A stretch of 64,000 nucleotides of DNA from positions 96,001 through 160,000 of the IMG/VR virus record IMGVR_UViG_3300017991_000051; one strand, 5' to 3'. The position numbers and the translations under genes were made by a program. Source of the stretch: a virus. The notes beneath the pieces were generated by a model. That model ran no database searches, was not told the origin of the DNA, and saw only the letters and a program-made list of their open reading frames with translations. Of this stretch, positions 30,466 through 39,180 are shown piece by piece. Each line of letters opens with the position of its first letter. The first letter of the stretch is position 1.

Positions 30466-30497
30466 TTCCCTACTCCTTTGTGTTGTACCTTTCGCCG

Positions 30498-30836
30498 TTA
30501 GCCCATCAACCGGTCAACGAAGACCTGATCAGCGGACGGCTTCTCGTTATCGTTGGCCTTGGTTTCGTCGCCCTGTCCGATGGAAGGGGCCTGTACCAGT
30601 GCCGCCGTTTTCTCCAGCATCTCGAGAATTTCTACCGGGTTTTCGCTCAGCGCCTTAACCTTTGCCTCCTTCAGATGAGGACTGACGAGGCCTTGCTGTA
30701 TCAGCGCGTCAACGACTGCCGGAGCCTTCTCTGAGAGCGTACTCGTCTGCTGGGATGCCTTCTCCAAAATGGATTGTGCACCACCAACATACTCTACAAC
30801 CTTACGCAGCTTGTCAAGATCATAAAGAACGTTCAT
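30498..30836 (-). CDS. Small head-region protein (KxA motifs)
   Basis: EKAS, EKTAA; in the capsid operon. Confidence 0.6.
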   Translation of the reverse strand: MNVLYDLDKLRKVVEYVGGAQSILEKASQQTSTLSEKAPAVVDALIQQGLVSPHLKEAKVKALSENPVEILEMLEKTAALVQAPSIGQGDETKANDNEKPSADQVFVDRLMG

Positions 30837-30839
30837 CAG

Positions 30840-32132
30840 TTATTCTCCCTTCTTGTCGTCTTCCTTCGGAGCGTCGGCGTTCCGCGCGGCAGCGATCTTC
30901 TCGACCGCCTTACGCAGTTCAGCTTTCTTCTCCTCAGTCGACATATCTTTCCAAGCCTTCTGTTCAGGCTCCGTCTTCGCTTCAGCAACCTTCGGTGCCT
31001 CCGCCTCGGCGGCGACTGCTTCCTCGGCTACTGCCGGAACCGCTGCTGCCGCTTCCGCGGGGACGGCTTCGCCACCACCCTCGGCCAGTGCCAACAGTTC
31101 TTCCGGTGTCACTCCGGCTTCGATCAACGCTTGCACGATCTGTGCGAGATCGTCCTCGGCGGGCCCCTCGGCAACCGCCCCAACGTCCGAAGCGTCTTCC
31201 ATTACCGGCGCCGCGTCACCCGCCGCTTCGGGGGCAACATCTTCGACCGGCATTGGCATGGCCGACTTGCTCTTGAATCCCTTCAAGAATTCGTCCACGT
31301 TTATAGCGTCGACCTCCGCGCTCTTCAGCACGCTGCCAACGATTTCTTCCGCTGATGCCTGTGAGGTTGCTTCCTCACCCATCTGCAACTGGTCGGTGAC
31401 CAGCGATGCCGCCTCTTTGCCGGCCTCTTCGGCCTGCTTCACGGACTCGTCGGACTTGTCTTCCGCTTCAGCGGACTTTGGGCAGGGGTTATCCTCCGCC
31501 TCCGACTCGTCGTCCTTATCCTTGTCCTCGGCCTTCTCCTTCATATCCTCGGCCTTTTCCTTTAAGGCTGGGGGAAGGTCAGCAGCTGGCTTTTCCTCGG
31601 CGGACTTTTCGCCTTCGGCTGGTTGCTCAGCTTCCGCGGACTTCTCGCCCTCTTCGGCCTGCTTTTCGCCTTCGGCTGGTTTTTCCGCTGATGCCGGCTT
31701 CTCCGCAGCGGCCGTGGCCACCGCGATGTCTGCCAGGATCGTGTCGCCCATGTCACGCAACTGGGCTGCGGAGTACTTTTCGCCCATGTCAGCGCGAGCT
31801 GGCATCGACGTGCCCGGGTCATCCGGCTTCGCCTTTACGCTCGCAGTTTCAACCGACGGATCTTCACCGGTGGGCGCAGCCTTGGTGCCAATGGAATTGG
31901 ACGGAACGTTCTCGCCCCGACCAGGCCCTTCTGCCGCTGCCCCGGAAGCTTCGTCGACTGACTCTGCTGGGATCTCGGACTTCACATCGCTCTCGTTCTC
32001 TGCAGCACGAGCGCCAGTAGGAGCTGGCCGGTCACCGTCATCCACCTTAGGAAGGGCGGTAGGCGGTTCCTCAGCCTTCTTCTCCACACTTTCCAGAAGC
32101 CACTTGTCCAGATCGTCAAGAAAGCTACTCAT
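30840..32132 (-). CDS. Putative scaffolding protein
   Basis: Very acidic, Ala/Glu-rich; tandem GEK[Q/S]AE repeats (DNA duplication around 31600-31700); between protease and MCP. Confidence 0.6.
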   Translation of the reverse strand: MSSFLDDLDKWLLESVEKKAEEPPTALPKVDDGDRPAPTGARAAENESDVKSEIPAESVDEASGAAAEGPGRGENVPSNSIGTKAAPTGEDPSVETASVKAKPDDPGTSMPARADMGEKYSAAQLRDMGDTILADIAVATAAAEKPASAEKPAEGEKQAEEGEKSAEAEQPAEGEKSAEEKPAADLPPALKEKAEDMKEKAEDKDKDDESEAEDNPCPKSAEAEDKSDESVKQAEEAGKEAASLVTDQLQMGEEATSQASAEEIVGSVLKSAEVDAINVDEFLKGFKSKSAMPMPVEDVAPEAAGDAAPVMEDASDVGAVAEGPAEDDLAQIVQALIEAGVTPEELLALAEGGGEAVPAEAAAAVPAVAEEAVAAEAEAPKVAEAKTEPEQKAWKDMSTEEKKAELRKAVEKIAAARNADAPKEDDKKGE

Positions 32133-32233
32133 CGTTTCTCTCCCTTTGTTTAACCGATTCCTTACTGTTCATAGTAACAGTAACACACCTTGTGCAACAG
32201 CGTCAACCGTTTTCAACCGGCTTTTTTCACCAT

Positions 32234-33730
32234 CTAATTGCCGGGTATATAATGCTGCAAAACGGCCCTTTCTGTCAACACCCGATTACTCATACCTACC
32301 CGCTGACAAAAGGCTACCTTGTACATCGCGTACGCAGTAGCCATACGTTCCGCCAACGGGGAAGCCGCTACCTCACTCCGTTTCTCCAACTCCAGCGGCC
32401 CCTTCATCTTGAGCGGAGATTTGCCTCGTAAGATGGTAATCGTCACACGCCGACGTACAGGTTCATCGTCCAGCGAATTGCCGGGGATCAACTTGCAGAT
32501 GGTGTCACGCGCGGCGCGCGGAAGAATACCATCGCCTAAGTCGAAATCATCCAAGTCGGAAAGTGCGCCCATCGGCTTCGCGGCAATACGGCCGAAGATG
32601 CCGGGGAGCAAATCACTTGCCTCCTCAACGTGATTTTCCACTTCACCAAATCGTCTACCGAGTATGATCTTCAAAAAATCGCGCAATGACAAGCTTATTT
32701 TCGCGTCGGCCAACGAACCGAGCAGATCGTGAACCTGGCCGCGGGGAACGTCCATCCTCCGCATGTCATCGTCATCGATACCAGTGTGCGCGTCCGGATC
32801 GAATGCGAGGATGGTCCGGTTGATAGGATGGCCGGCGTCGGCTACCGCCTCAATATCCTTTTCAATATCCGCCAGTTTCCCGATCATCGACAGCTTCGTA
32901 AGTACGGGGCCGCCGTACAACGGATCCGGCGCTTCCACTGGAGGGAACAATGTGAACTGCTCCGACAGCTCCGAACCGGACACAATCCTCGAATCGTCGG
33001 ATGCTGCCTTCAGCAGCCCGAAAGCGATGCGGTCTGCCGGCACCGTCACCTCACTGATATCGAAGTAGAGCATGTGATCGTTCAGGACCCCGATGTTATT
33101 CCCCTGCTTCGTGATCTCGCCCATGTGGTTTTTGGCGTGGTCGCAGTACTCCTTCCGGCTCTTCGCCTTGTTGCCACACTCGGTGCAGACGTCGAAGGGG
33201 ACCTTGCAGCTCATGCTGAACGGAACGTCCTCGCCCGACGCCAGCTTCTGAATCTCATTACCCCATTTGTCGTTCACGACCTTGATCATCAGCTCGACGC
33301 GGGACATGGCGTCGTTGTGGGCGGACTTGAATACATCACCCTCCGCCTTCTTCGGATCCTTATTGACGTGATGCCGGTATACCTTCGCAAACTTCTCGAA
33401 CGTCTTGTGCGTCTCGATGTTGCCCTTCGCGATCTTGACCCGACGCGTTTTCCCGTCCTTCGGGTTCGGGATATCAACGTACCGGCTCTGCTTGAGGAAG
33501 CCGTCGCCGTTCCGGTTGAATCCGTAGGCCTCCGCGTCGCCCATCGCGATCAGGTGGATGAAGGAGTGACCCTTTTCCGGCTTGATGTCGAGACCGCGGA
33601 AGACGCCGGCGGCCGCGCGCTTCGACATCCATGAGGAATCGATGCCGCGACTGTGTACGTCGACGAGTGCGCACAGCGGATCGCTGTAACCGAATGATGC
33701 GGGCAGGATTGTCTTTACGAATGGTTCCAT
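32234..33730 (-). CDS. Putative prohead (capsid maturation) protease
   Basis: NRNGDGF...HHVN...FSMSCKVPFDVCTECGN...YCDH...FDISEV..PAD, typical of Zn-finger-containing phage maturation proteases. Confidence 0.6.
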   Translation of the reverse strand: MEPFVKTILPASFGYSDPLCALVDVHSRGIDSSWMSKRAAAGVFRGLDIKPEKGHSFIHLIAMGDAEAYGFNRNGDGFLKQSRYVDIPNPKDGKTRRVKIAKGNIETHKTFEKFAKVYRHHVNKDPKKAEGDVFKSAHNDAMSRVELMIKVVNDKWGNEIQKLASGEDVPFSMSCKVPFDVCTECGNKAKSRKEYCDHAKNHMGEITKQGNNIGVLNDHMLYFDISEVTVPADRIAFGLLKAASDDSRIVSGSELSEQFTLFPPVEAPDPLYGGPVLTKLSMIGKLADIEKDIEAVADAGHPINRTILAFDPDAHTGIDDDDMRRMDVPRGQVHDLLGSLADAKISLSLRDFLKIILGRRFGEVENHVEEASDLLPGIFGRIAAKPMGALSDLDDFDLGDGILPRAARDTICKLIPGNSLDDEPVRRRVTITILRGKSPLKMKGPLELEKRSEVAASPLAERMATAYAMYKVAFCQRVGMSNRVLTERAVLQHYIPGN

Positions 33731-33735
33731 AGTAT

Positions 33736-34719
33736 TTACCTGATTGGTACGCTCGGGCTCACCAGCTCAGCAGGTTCGTGGCCTCGTAGCCCCCACTTGC
33801 TCCCAAGGGCCGCGCCGATGGGATCCATACCCTGGGCTGCTAACAGGACCGCGAGCGGACCGAACCTGCCAACGCGGCCGCCGATCCTACCACCGAGTCC
33901 GGCCGTGCCCTTGGCACGCTGCATCGCTTCGCGTACCGCCGGCTTGCCCTTAGCAACAACGCTCTCCCTGACAGCTTTGCTCGGTAAGGTAGCGAGGCTC
34001 GCCGGTATTGGTAGCTGTGCCCCCGGACGCTGCTTTTCCGTAACCTTCTTCAAACGCTTCAGTGTACGCAGCTTGGCGCGCTGCTGACCCATCGCCTCCG
34101 CGACTGCCTTCTCGTGCTTGAACTTCGCTGGCACCCAATGCCTGAGTATACCAGCCGCGCCGCCGACACCTTTCCCGCCAGCCCTGCCGACGCTTGCTGG
34201 AATATTCAACCGTCGAGCGCTTTCGGTAGTCCTGACACCACCTTTGTCGATAATCTTCTTGATACGTTCTTCCGGCACCAATCCCAACACGGCGAGGGTA
34301 GCCAATATAGGGTCACGGCTGAGCGTCCGGTAATCTGTCTCCGTGGCTCCGGGCACGCCCTTTGGAGTTACGCGCCGTGTGTCGCCTTTCGGCTTCGTTA
34401 CCGCTTTCACAGCTTCAGGAATAGTTGGGGTCTCGGGTTCGGCCGCCGCACGTCCGGCCAGATGACCGAGGCCACCGCCGGTTCCGGCGCCGAGCAGTAA
34501 ACCGATAAGCGCGCGTTTCCGTGCCTTCTCACGATCGGTGGCGGACAGCCAGCCTGTCAAGCCGCCGAGGCCGCCGCCGACGCCAGCGCCAAGCAGGATT
34601 GATCGCCAATCCGGCCCCTGTGCTTCCTTCACCTGCAGGGTATCACCGATGGCCCGCCGGACTTCCTCCTGCGCCACCATCTGTGCTGCCAATCGCTCAG
34701 CTTCTTTCTCGATATCCAT
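33736..34719 (-). CDS. Glycine-zipper membrane-like virion protein
   Basis: After VKEAQ: ILLGAGVGGGLGGLTGWLS...ALIGLLLGAGTGGGLG. Confidence 0.6.
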   Translation of the reverse strand: MDIEKEAERLAAQMVAQEEVRRAIGDTLQVKEAQGPDWRSILLGAGVGGGLGGLTGWLSATDREKARKRALIGLLLGAGTGGGLGHLAGRAAAEPETPTIPEAVKAVTKPKGDTRRVTPKGVPGATETDYRTLSRDPILATLAVLGLVPEERIKKIIDKGGVRTTESARRLNIPASVGRAGGKGVGGAAGILRHWVPAKFKHEKAVAEAMGQQRAKLRTLKRLKKVTEKQRPGAQLPIPASLATLPSKAVRESVVAKGKPAVREAMQRAKGTAGLGGRIGGRVGRFGPLAVLLAAQGMDPIGAALGSKWGLRGHEPAELVSPSVPIR

Positions 34720-34721
34720 GT

Positions 34722-36008
34722 CTATGCTCCCGCGGCAGCCGGCGCCCCAGGCATCGCCATCGGGGCCAGCGGTTCACGTTCCTTCTTCAAACCAACTTCC
34801 GTAGTCACCAAGTTAGCCAGCTCATACGGATCCAGAATATCGCTCTCCACCGCCTTGCGGAGGACGCCGCGCATCATCGCCGGCGATTCCGCCATCCTCG
34901 GTGCAATGGCCGCAATCTCGTTGTAGGTGTTTACCACCCGACCGGGCTCGGCCTTGCTCAACACCTCGTCGGTGGTGAGGAAGTCGTTGAGCATCATCTG
35001 CGCTTGGATCAGCTTTCGCTCAGCCTCGTAGTCCGGAGGTAACGTGGCCGCGGCCGCGCTGGGGAACTCCTCAGCTACCGTGCTCTTCGGGAGAGCCTTG
35101 ACCAAGCTTCCCAACGTCCCGCCGAAAAAAGGGGCAAGGGGACCCCCAGCCCCTAACTTCGTGAAGATCCGCCTTCGCATCTCGAGCGCGTCCCGATACT
35201 CCTTCGTGGAGCTGGACTCCTTCGAGAAATCACGGAGTGCGGTGAGATACGCGTCCCGTTGGTCCATGACGTTGGACAACAGCGCGTAAGGCTCCTTGTC
35301 CTCGTACTTGACGGGAGTCGCCGCTTCCGCACGCTTCTCACCGAACGATGCGCCCTTCGACATCTCCCACGCCGCGTTCATCAGCGGCCGGACGGGTTCG
35401 CCCCAATGCTGGAGCGCCGCACGCTCCACGCGCTCGAACGGCTCGTGGACGGTGGACCGGAAGTACGCCGCAAACTTGTTGACCTTGTCGAGGAGGGACA
35501 TCCGGGCCGAGGCCATCTTGTGCCGCATCTCCTCCACGATACGCTCGCGCCGGTACAGCTCGTTGTAGGCGCGCTTGAGCAGGATATCGAAGCTCTGCTT
35601 ATCCCACGAGTGCTCTTCCGGATTGTTGTCGAGCGTCGGCTGCGAATCGAGACTGAAGAACCGCTTCTCCTCCATGTTCGTCCCCGCCGGCTCCCACTCC
35701 GCCGACTTCTTCTCCACCGGCGTCTCCACCGATTCCGGCCAGATCTGCTTGATGATCACGTCCGGATCAGCGATAGCGAAACTGTCGGCCTTCGCCTCAC
35801 CCGACGCTTCCTTCTGGTGCTTCAACGACTTCGATACGTTGAACGCCTCAACCATCCGGCGAACAAAGTTCTGATTGTAGCCGTGGTTGGCCGCCACCTT
35901 CGCGATCGCGTCGTTCGGATGGGCGCCCTCGTTCGCAAACCCGATGGCTTCCATTACGGAATCAACGAGTTCCGATTCCTGCTTACTGGTCATAGCCTCA
36001 ATTGACAT
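34722..36008 (-). CDS. Head-region helical protein with KxA motifs
   Basis: Likely start MSIEA at 36008; EKKSA, EKRA, TKLG. Confidence 0.6.
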   Translation of the reverse strand: MSIEAMTSKQESELVDSVMEAIGFANEGAHPNDAIAKVAANHGYNQNFVRRMVEAFNVSKSLKHQKEASGEAKADSFAIADPDVIIKQIWPESVETPVEKKSAEWEPAGTNMEEKRFFSLDSQPTLDNNPEEHSWDKQSFDILLKRAYNELYRRERIVEEMRHKMASARMSLLDKVNKFAAYFRSTVHEPFERVERAALQHWGEPVRPLMNAAWEMSKGASFGEKRAEAATPVKYEDKEPYALLSNVMDQRDAYLTALRDFSKESSSTKEYRDALEMRRRIFTKLGAGGPLAPFFGGTLGSLVKALPKSTVAEEFPSAAAATLPPDYEAERKLIQAQMMLNDFLTTDEVLSKAEPGRVVNTYNEIAAIAPRMAESPAMMRGVLRKAVESDILDPYELANLVTTEVGLKKEREPLAPMAMPGAPAAAGA

Positions 36009-36010
36009 GG

Positions 36011-36586
36011 TTACGCTCCTGCATATTGTCTCACCCGGCCCCACAACTGCCCCAACGGCTTCTGGAGGTACGGCGTAGCCAAACCACCAAGCAGACCCGT
36101 CAACAACATGTTGCGAAGGTACGGTTTTCTCTCCTCATCACGTCCGCGGCCACGAAGGGCCGTATACAAAAGTCCGCCGAGTCCCGCCGCACCCGCGCCG
36201 GCGAGTGCCTTCCCCCACGTCCCGGGATCCCCCCAGCTTACCTGCGGGATGGCCCCGGTAAAACGTTGCCACCATCCGGGCTGCTGCGCTGGAGCAGGCG
36301 TCGCTGCCGGCATAGGAGGCGGTGCACCGTATTGCTGACTGACCGCAGCCGGCTCGTCCATCTCCATAGGGGGAACGGCTTGCGGCCCGGCCGACGCTTT
36401 CTCCATGCAGGTTCCGATGGTGCCCCACAGAGCGGCGTAGGTCTCGTCATCCATGTCCGCCGACTTACAGAAGTCGTCGACATGATCGATGAAGGTGTCG
36501 AGGGTGATTACAAACGGTTTGACCGCTGCCGCGGCCTTCTCAAATTCATCCAGCTTCTGCAGTACAGGCGTAACGTCCATGGTCAA
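36011..36586 (-). CDS. Glycine-zipper virion protein
   Basis: EKAA, CKSA, EKAS, then ALAGAGAAGLGGLLY...MLLTGLLGGLA. Confidence 0.6.
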   Translation of the reverse strand: MTMDVTPVLQKLDEFEKAAAAVKPFVITLDTFIDHVDDFCKSADMDDETYAALWGTIGTCMEKASAGPQAVPPMEMDEPAAVSQQYGAPPPMPAATPAPAQQPGWWQRFTGAIPQVSWGDPGTWGKALAGAGAAGLGGLLYTALRGRGRDEERKPYLRNMLLTGLLGGLATPYLQKPLGQLWGRVRQYAGA

Positions 36587-36607
36587 GCTCCTATAGGTAG
36601 GCGGAGA

Positions 36608-37717
36608 CTATTTACCTTTCCTACCAGTTTTAGCGTGAATTCGACTCAATATCAAGTTCTTTTTTCTCTCACGATCTACACGGGCCACCTCGGCACGCTT
36701 CTGCTGCGCATCCGGCAGCATATCCACTTCCGGCAATTTTGTAGCAGTGCTACCCGGTTTCAGTGACTTCGCCAACTCGATGGCATCTTTCGCCACCTGC
36801 CGCTTCTTCATCACCGGCGCCGGCAACTCCTTCACTTCCTCGCCGGCCAGCTCCGCTACCGTATCACGCAACCGCGGTTCCGTAGCCGCCGGCACGTTCG
36901 AATCCTTCGTCGCCGCCAAGCTGAACTGGAGTGCCTGCAGCATCACCGCCGCCCCCGCCGCCATCTGCCCCTCGGGCGTGCTCGCATCCTCTTCGTCTGA
37001 AATGCTCTTGATCGCTACGTGCTCTTCCATGATCTCGTGTGCATTGAACTGGTTCGGAGACCGCACCAGCAACGCACGCGCGGTACCCCTGCTCACTTGA
37101 GCATCGATCAGGTTCTGTATGTTCTTCCTCACACAATCAGGCAGGACCTCGAAGGTCCAGAACGCCTTCAGTATGTTGGGACCATACCAGTAGCCCAACC
37201 CCTTCCAGAAAAAATCGCAATCGTTCGTCGCGTATCCATCCATCGCCGCCGGCGACAACAGCTCGTTGATGATGTACAGCTGATTGTTCAGCCGGTCCCG
37301 TACGTCATAGAAGAACGTCTCGTAAGCCGCTATGACAGCAGGCTCGCAACCAATATCCACGGCGATCTCCGCCGGAGTCGCGCCCGTCAATATCATGGAC
37401 TCGACGGCCCAGCGGAGGAACGTTCTCCGCTCCGAGATCGTAAACGCCGAAAAGAGATCCGGCCACTCCTTATGCAGCTTCATAGCCGCCGGCGCCGAAT
37501 CCCGGTTCTTGGCGTTTATCGCATCCAAATACCGTTCGTGTGCGACGAAGAAACGGAAGCCACGCCTGACCTCGTCGTCATCCAGCTTTGTAAAGCCTGC
37601 GCTCTTCCGGCCGGACGCCTTGTACTTGATGTACAGCTGCTCAACACGCTGCCAGCGCCAGTCGCGCGGCCGCAGCGGCCCCATCAGCACACATATCTCC
37701 GTCTTTCGTCCGCTCAT
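36608..37717 (-). CDS. Hypothetical protein, 369 aa (possible HTH)
   Basis: ATPAEIAVDIGCEPAVIAAYE helix-turn-helix-like segment. Confidence 0.55.
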   Translation of the reverse strand: MSGRKTEICVLMGPLRPRDWRWQRVEQLYIKYKASGRKSAGFTKLDDDEVRRGFRFFVAHERYLDAINAKNRDSAPAAMKLHKEWPDLFSAFTISERRTFLRWAVESMILTGATPAEIAVDIGCEPAVIAAYETFFYDVRDRLNNQLYIINELLSPAAMDGYATNDCDFFWKGLGYWYGPNILKAFWTFEVLPDCVRKNIQNLIDAQVSRGTARALLVRSPNQFNAHEIMEEHVAIKSISDEEDASTPEGQMAAGAAVMLQALQFSLAATKDSNVPAATEPRLRDTVAELAGEEVKELPAPVMKKRQVAKDAIELAKSLKPGSTATKLPEVDMLPDAQQKRAEVARVDRERKKNLILSRIHAKTGRKGK

Positions 37718-37723
37718 GCGTGA

Positions 37724-38728
37724 TTACGGCATCTCCGTCGCATCCAACAACAGGACGCCGTACCCCAGTTCGGGATCCCACCCGTTCTTGTTCGTATCAT
37801 CGGAGACACGCCTGAGCCACTTACGAAACTGTTTCAGTACATCCTCGCCCGTGGGCATCTTCGCCCCACCGGCTACAGCTTGTGCTTCACGCGCCTCCCT
37901 CCATCGCAACGCCACCGCCGCAAGCAGTGGTGTCGCCATCGACGTGCCAATCATCTTCCCGTAGGTGCTCCGGCCCGGCAGGCAGCCCCAGTAGAACTCG
38001 AGGCTCGCAATCGCCACCTCCGGCTGTGCCGACTTGCGTACCGCGCCGACGCCTATGGTACTGAACCACGCCGGCAGGTCATCCTTGTTCGCCGACGCAA
38101 CTGAAATTACGGTCTTGTAGGCGGCGGGATACGACGCATACATCGATCCCTCCAGCCGCTCGTTGCCGGCGGCCGCCACGGGTATTACCCCTGCGGATAC
38201 TGCGTTTTCCAACGCCTCGCGCATTTCCGGGCTCGAGCTTGGGCCTCCGATGCTCATGGAGATCACACCGCAGCCGCCAGTCACGCACGCGTTCACAGCG
38301 CTCGCCAAGTCGTCGGCGACGCCCGTGCGACGATGGTCACGGCTGTCACCGTAGATCACACGGCAGTGGAGTGCCGTAGCCTCCGGCGCTGCACCGACGA
38401 TACCGTGCCCGTCAGCCTTCGCTACGATTTCTCCGGTACAGAACGTACCGTGGCCGCAATCGTCACGCCATACCGGTTCCTGGCTGTTACCGCGGATAAA
38501 GCTGGCGCCCTTGACCTGTTTCCGGAGATCGCAGTGGTGGATATCACAACCGGTGTCGAGTACGCCCACTCGCTGACCCTTCCCCTTGAAAGGTATAGAT
38601 TCTATACCCGCGTGGCGGATGGCCCAGTCCTTATGCTCCTTCGCCGCAAACGGCTCCATGGTGATCTCAAGGATCCGGAAATCGTCAACGCGGATCTGCG
38701 GAATGCGGTTATCTCGTGTCTCGGTCAT
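37724..38728 (-). CDS. Subtilisin-family (S8) serine protease
   Basis: VLDTG, GHGT, AAAGN and GTSMATP catalytic motifs. Confidence 0.92.
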   Translation of the reverse strand: MTETRDNRIPQIRVDDFRILEITMEPFAAKEHKDWAIRHAGIESIPFKGKGQRVGVLDTGCDIHHCDLRKQVKGASFIRGNSQEPVWRDDCGHGTFCTGEIVAKADGHGIVGAAPEATALHCRVIYGDSRDHRRTGVADDLASAVNACVTGGCGVISMSIGGPSSSPEMREALENAVSAGVIPVAAAGNERLEGSMYASYPAAYKTVISVASANKDDLPAWFSTIGVGAVRKSAQPEVAIASLEFYWGCLPGRSTYGKMIGTSMATPLLAAVALRWREAREAQAVAGGAKMPTGEDVLKQFRKWLRRVSDDTNKNGWDPELGYGVLLLDATEMP

Positions 38729-39176
38729 ATTCCTTCTCCAGTAATTGATAGATCAGCGACGCTGCGCTGTTCGCAAAGTCTCTGCCGGCGGCCGCCGGCT
38801 TCATACGGTGCGCCCGGCACTCCTTCCTCCACTCCTGTACGAAACGCCGATAGGCCCGGATATCGTACTTGCTGGCCACGGCCGGATAGTTCTCGTGGAC
38901 CATCCCGCGCTTCCGGACCTGCTGGATGTACTTCTCGAAGTACTCGTCGTACCCCTCCCACGTCCTGATCGGGTTGCGGCTGATATGCGATGACGTGTAG
39001 GACAGAAGTGCCGCCACCGTACTCACGTTGACGTTCTGCCTGTTCTTGAGGTAATAGGAGTATGCGGCATTGGCCGCCTGTGTCGGCGGCGTATGCAGCG
39101 GTGTCGTACAGCCGGCCAGCAGGAATACAGACGCCAGAATACACACGCATGCCGTGCGTAGGATATGCTTGTTCAT
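38709..39176 (-). CDS. Putative lipoprotein
   Basis: Signal peptide with LAGC lipobox. Confidence 0.6.
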   Translation of the reverse strand: MNKHILRTACVCILASVFLLAGCTTPLHTPPTQAANAAYSYYLKNRQNVNVSTVAALLSYTSSHISRNPIRTWEGYDEYFEKYIQQVRKRGMVHENYPAVASKYDIRAYRRFVQEWRKECRAHRMKPAAAGRDFANSAASLIYQLLEKEYDRDTR

Positions 39177-39180
39177 GTGA

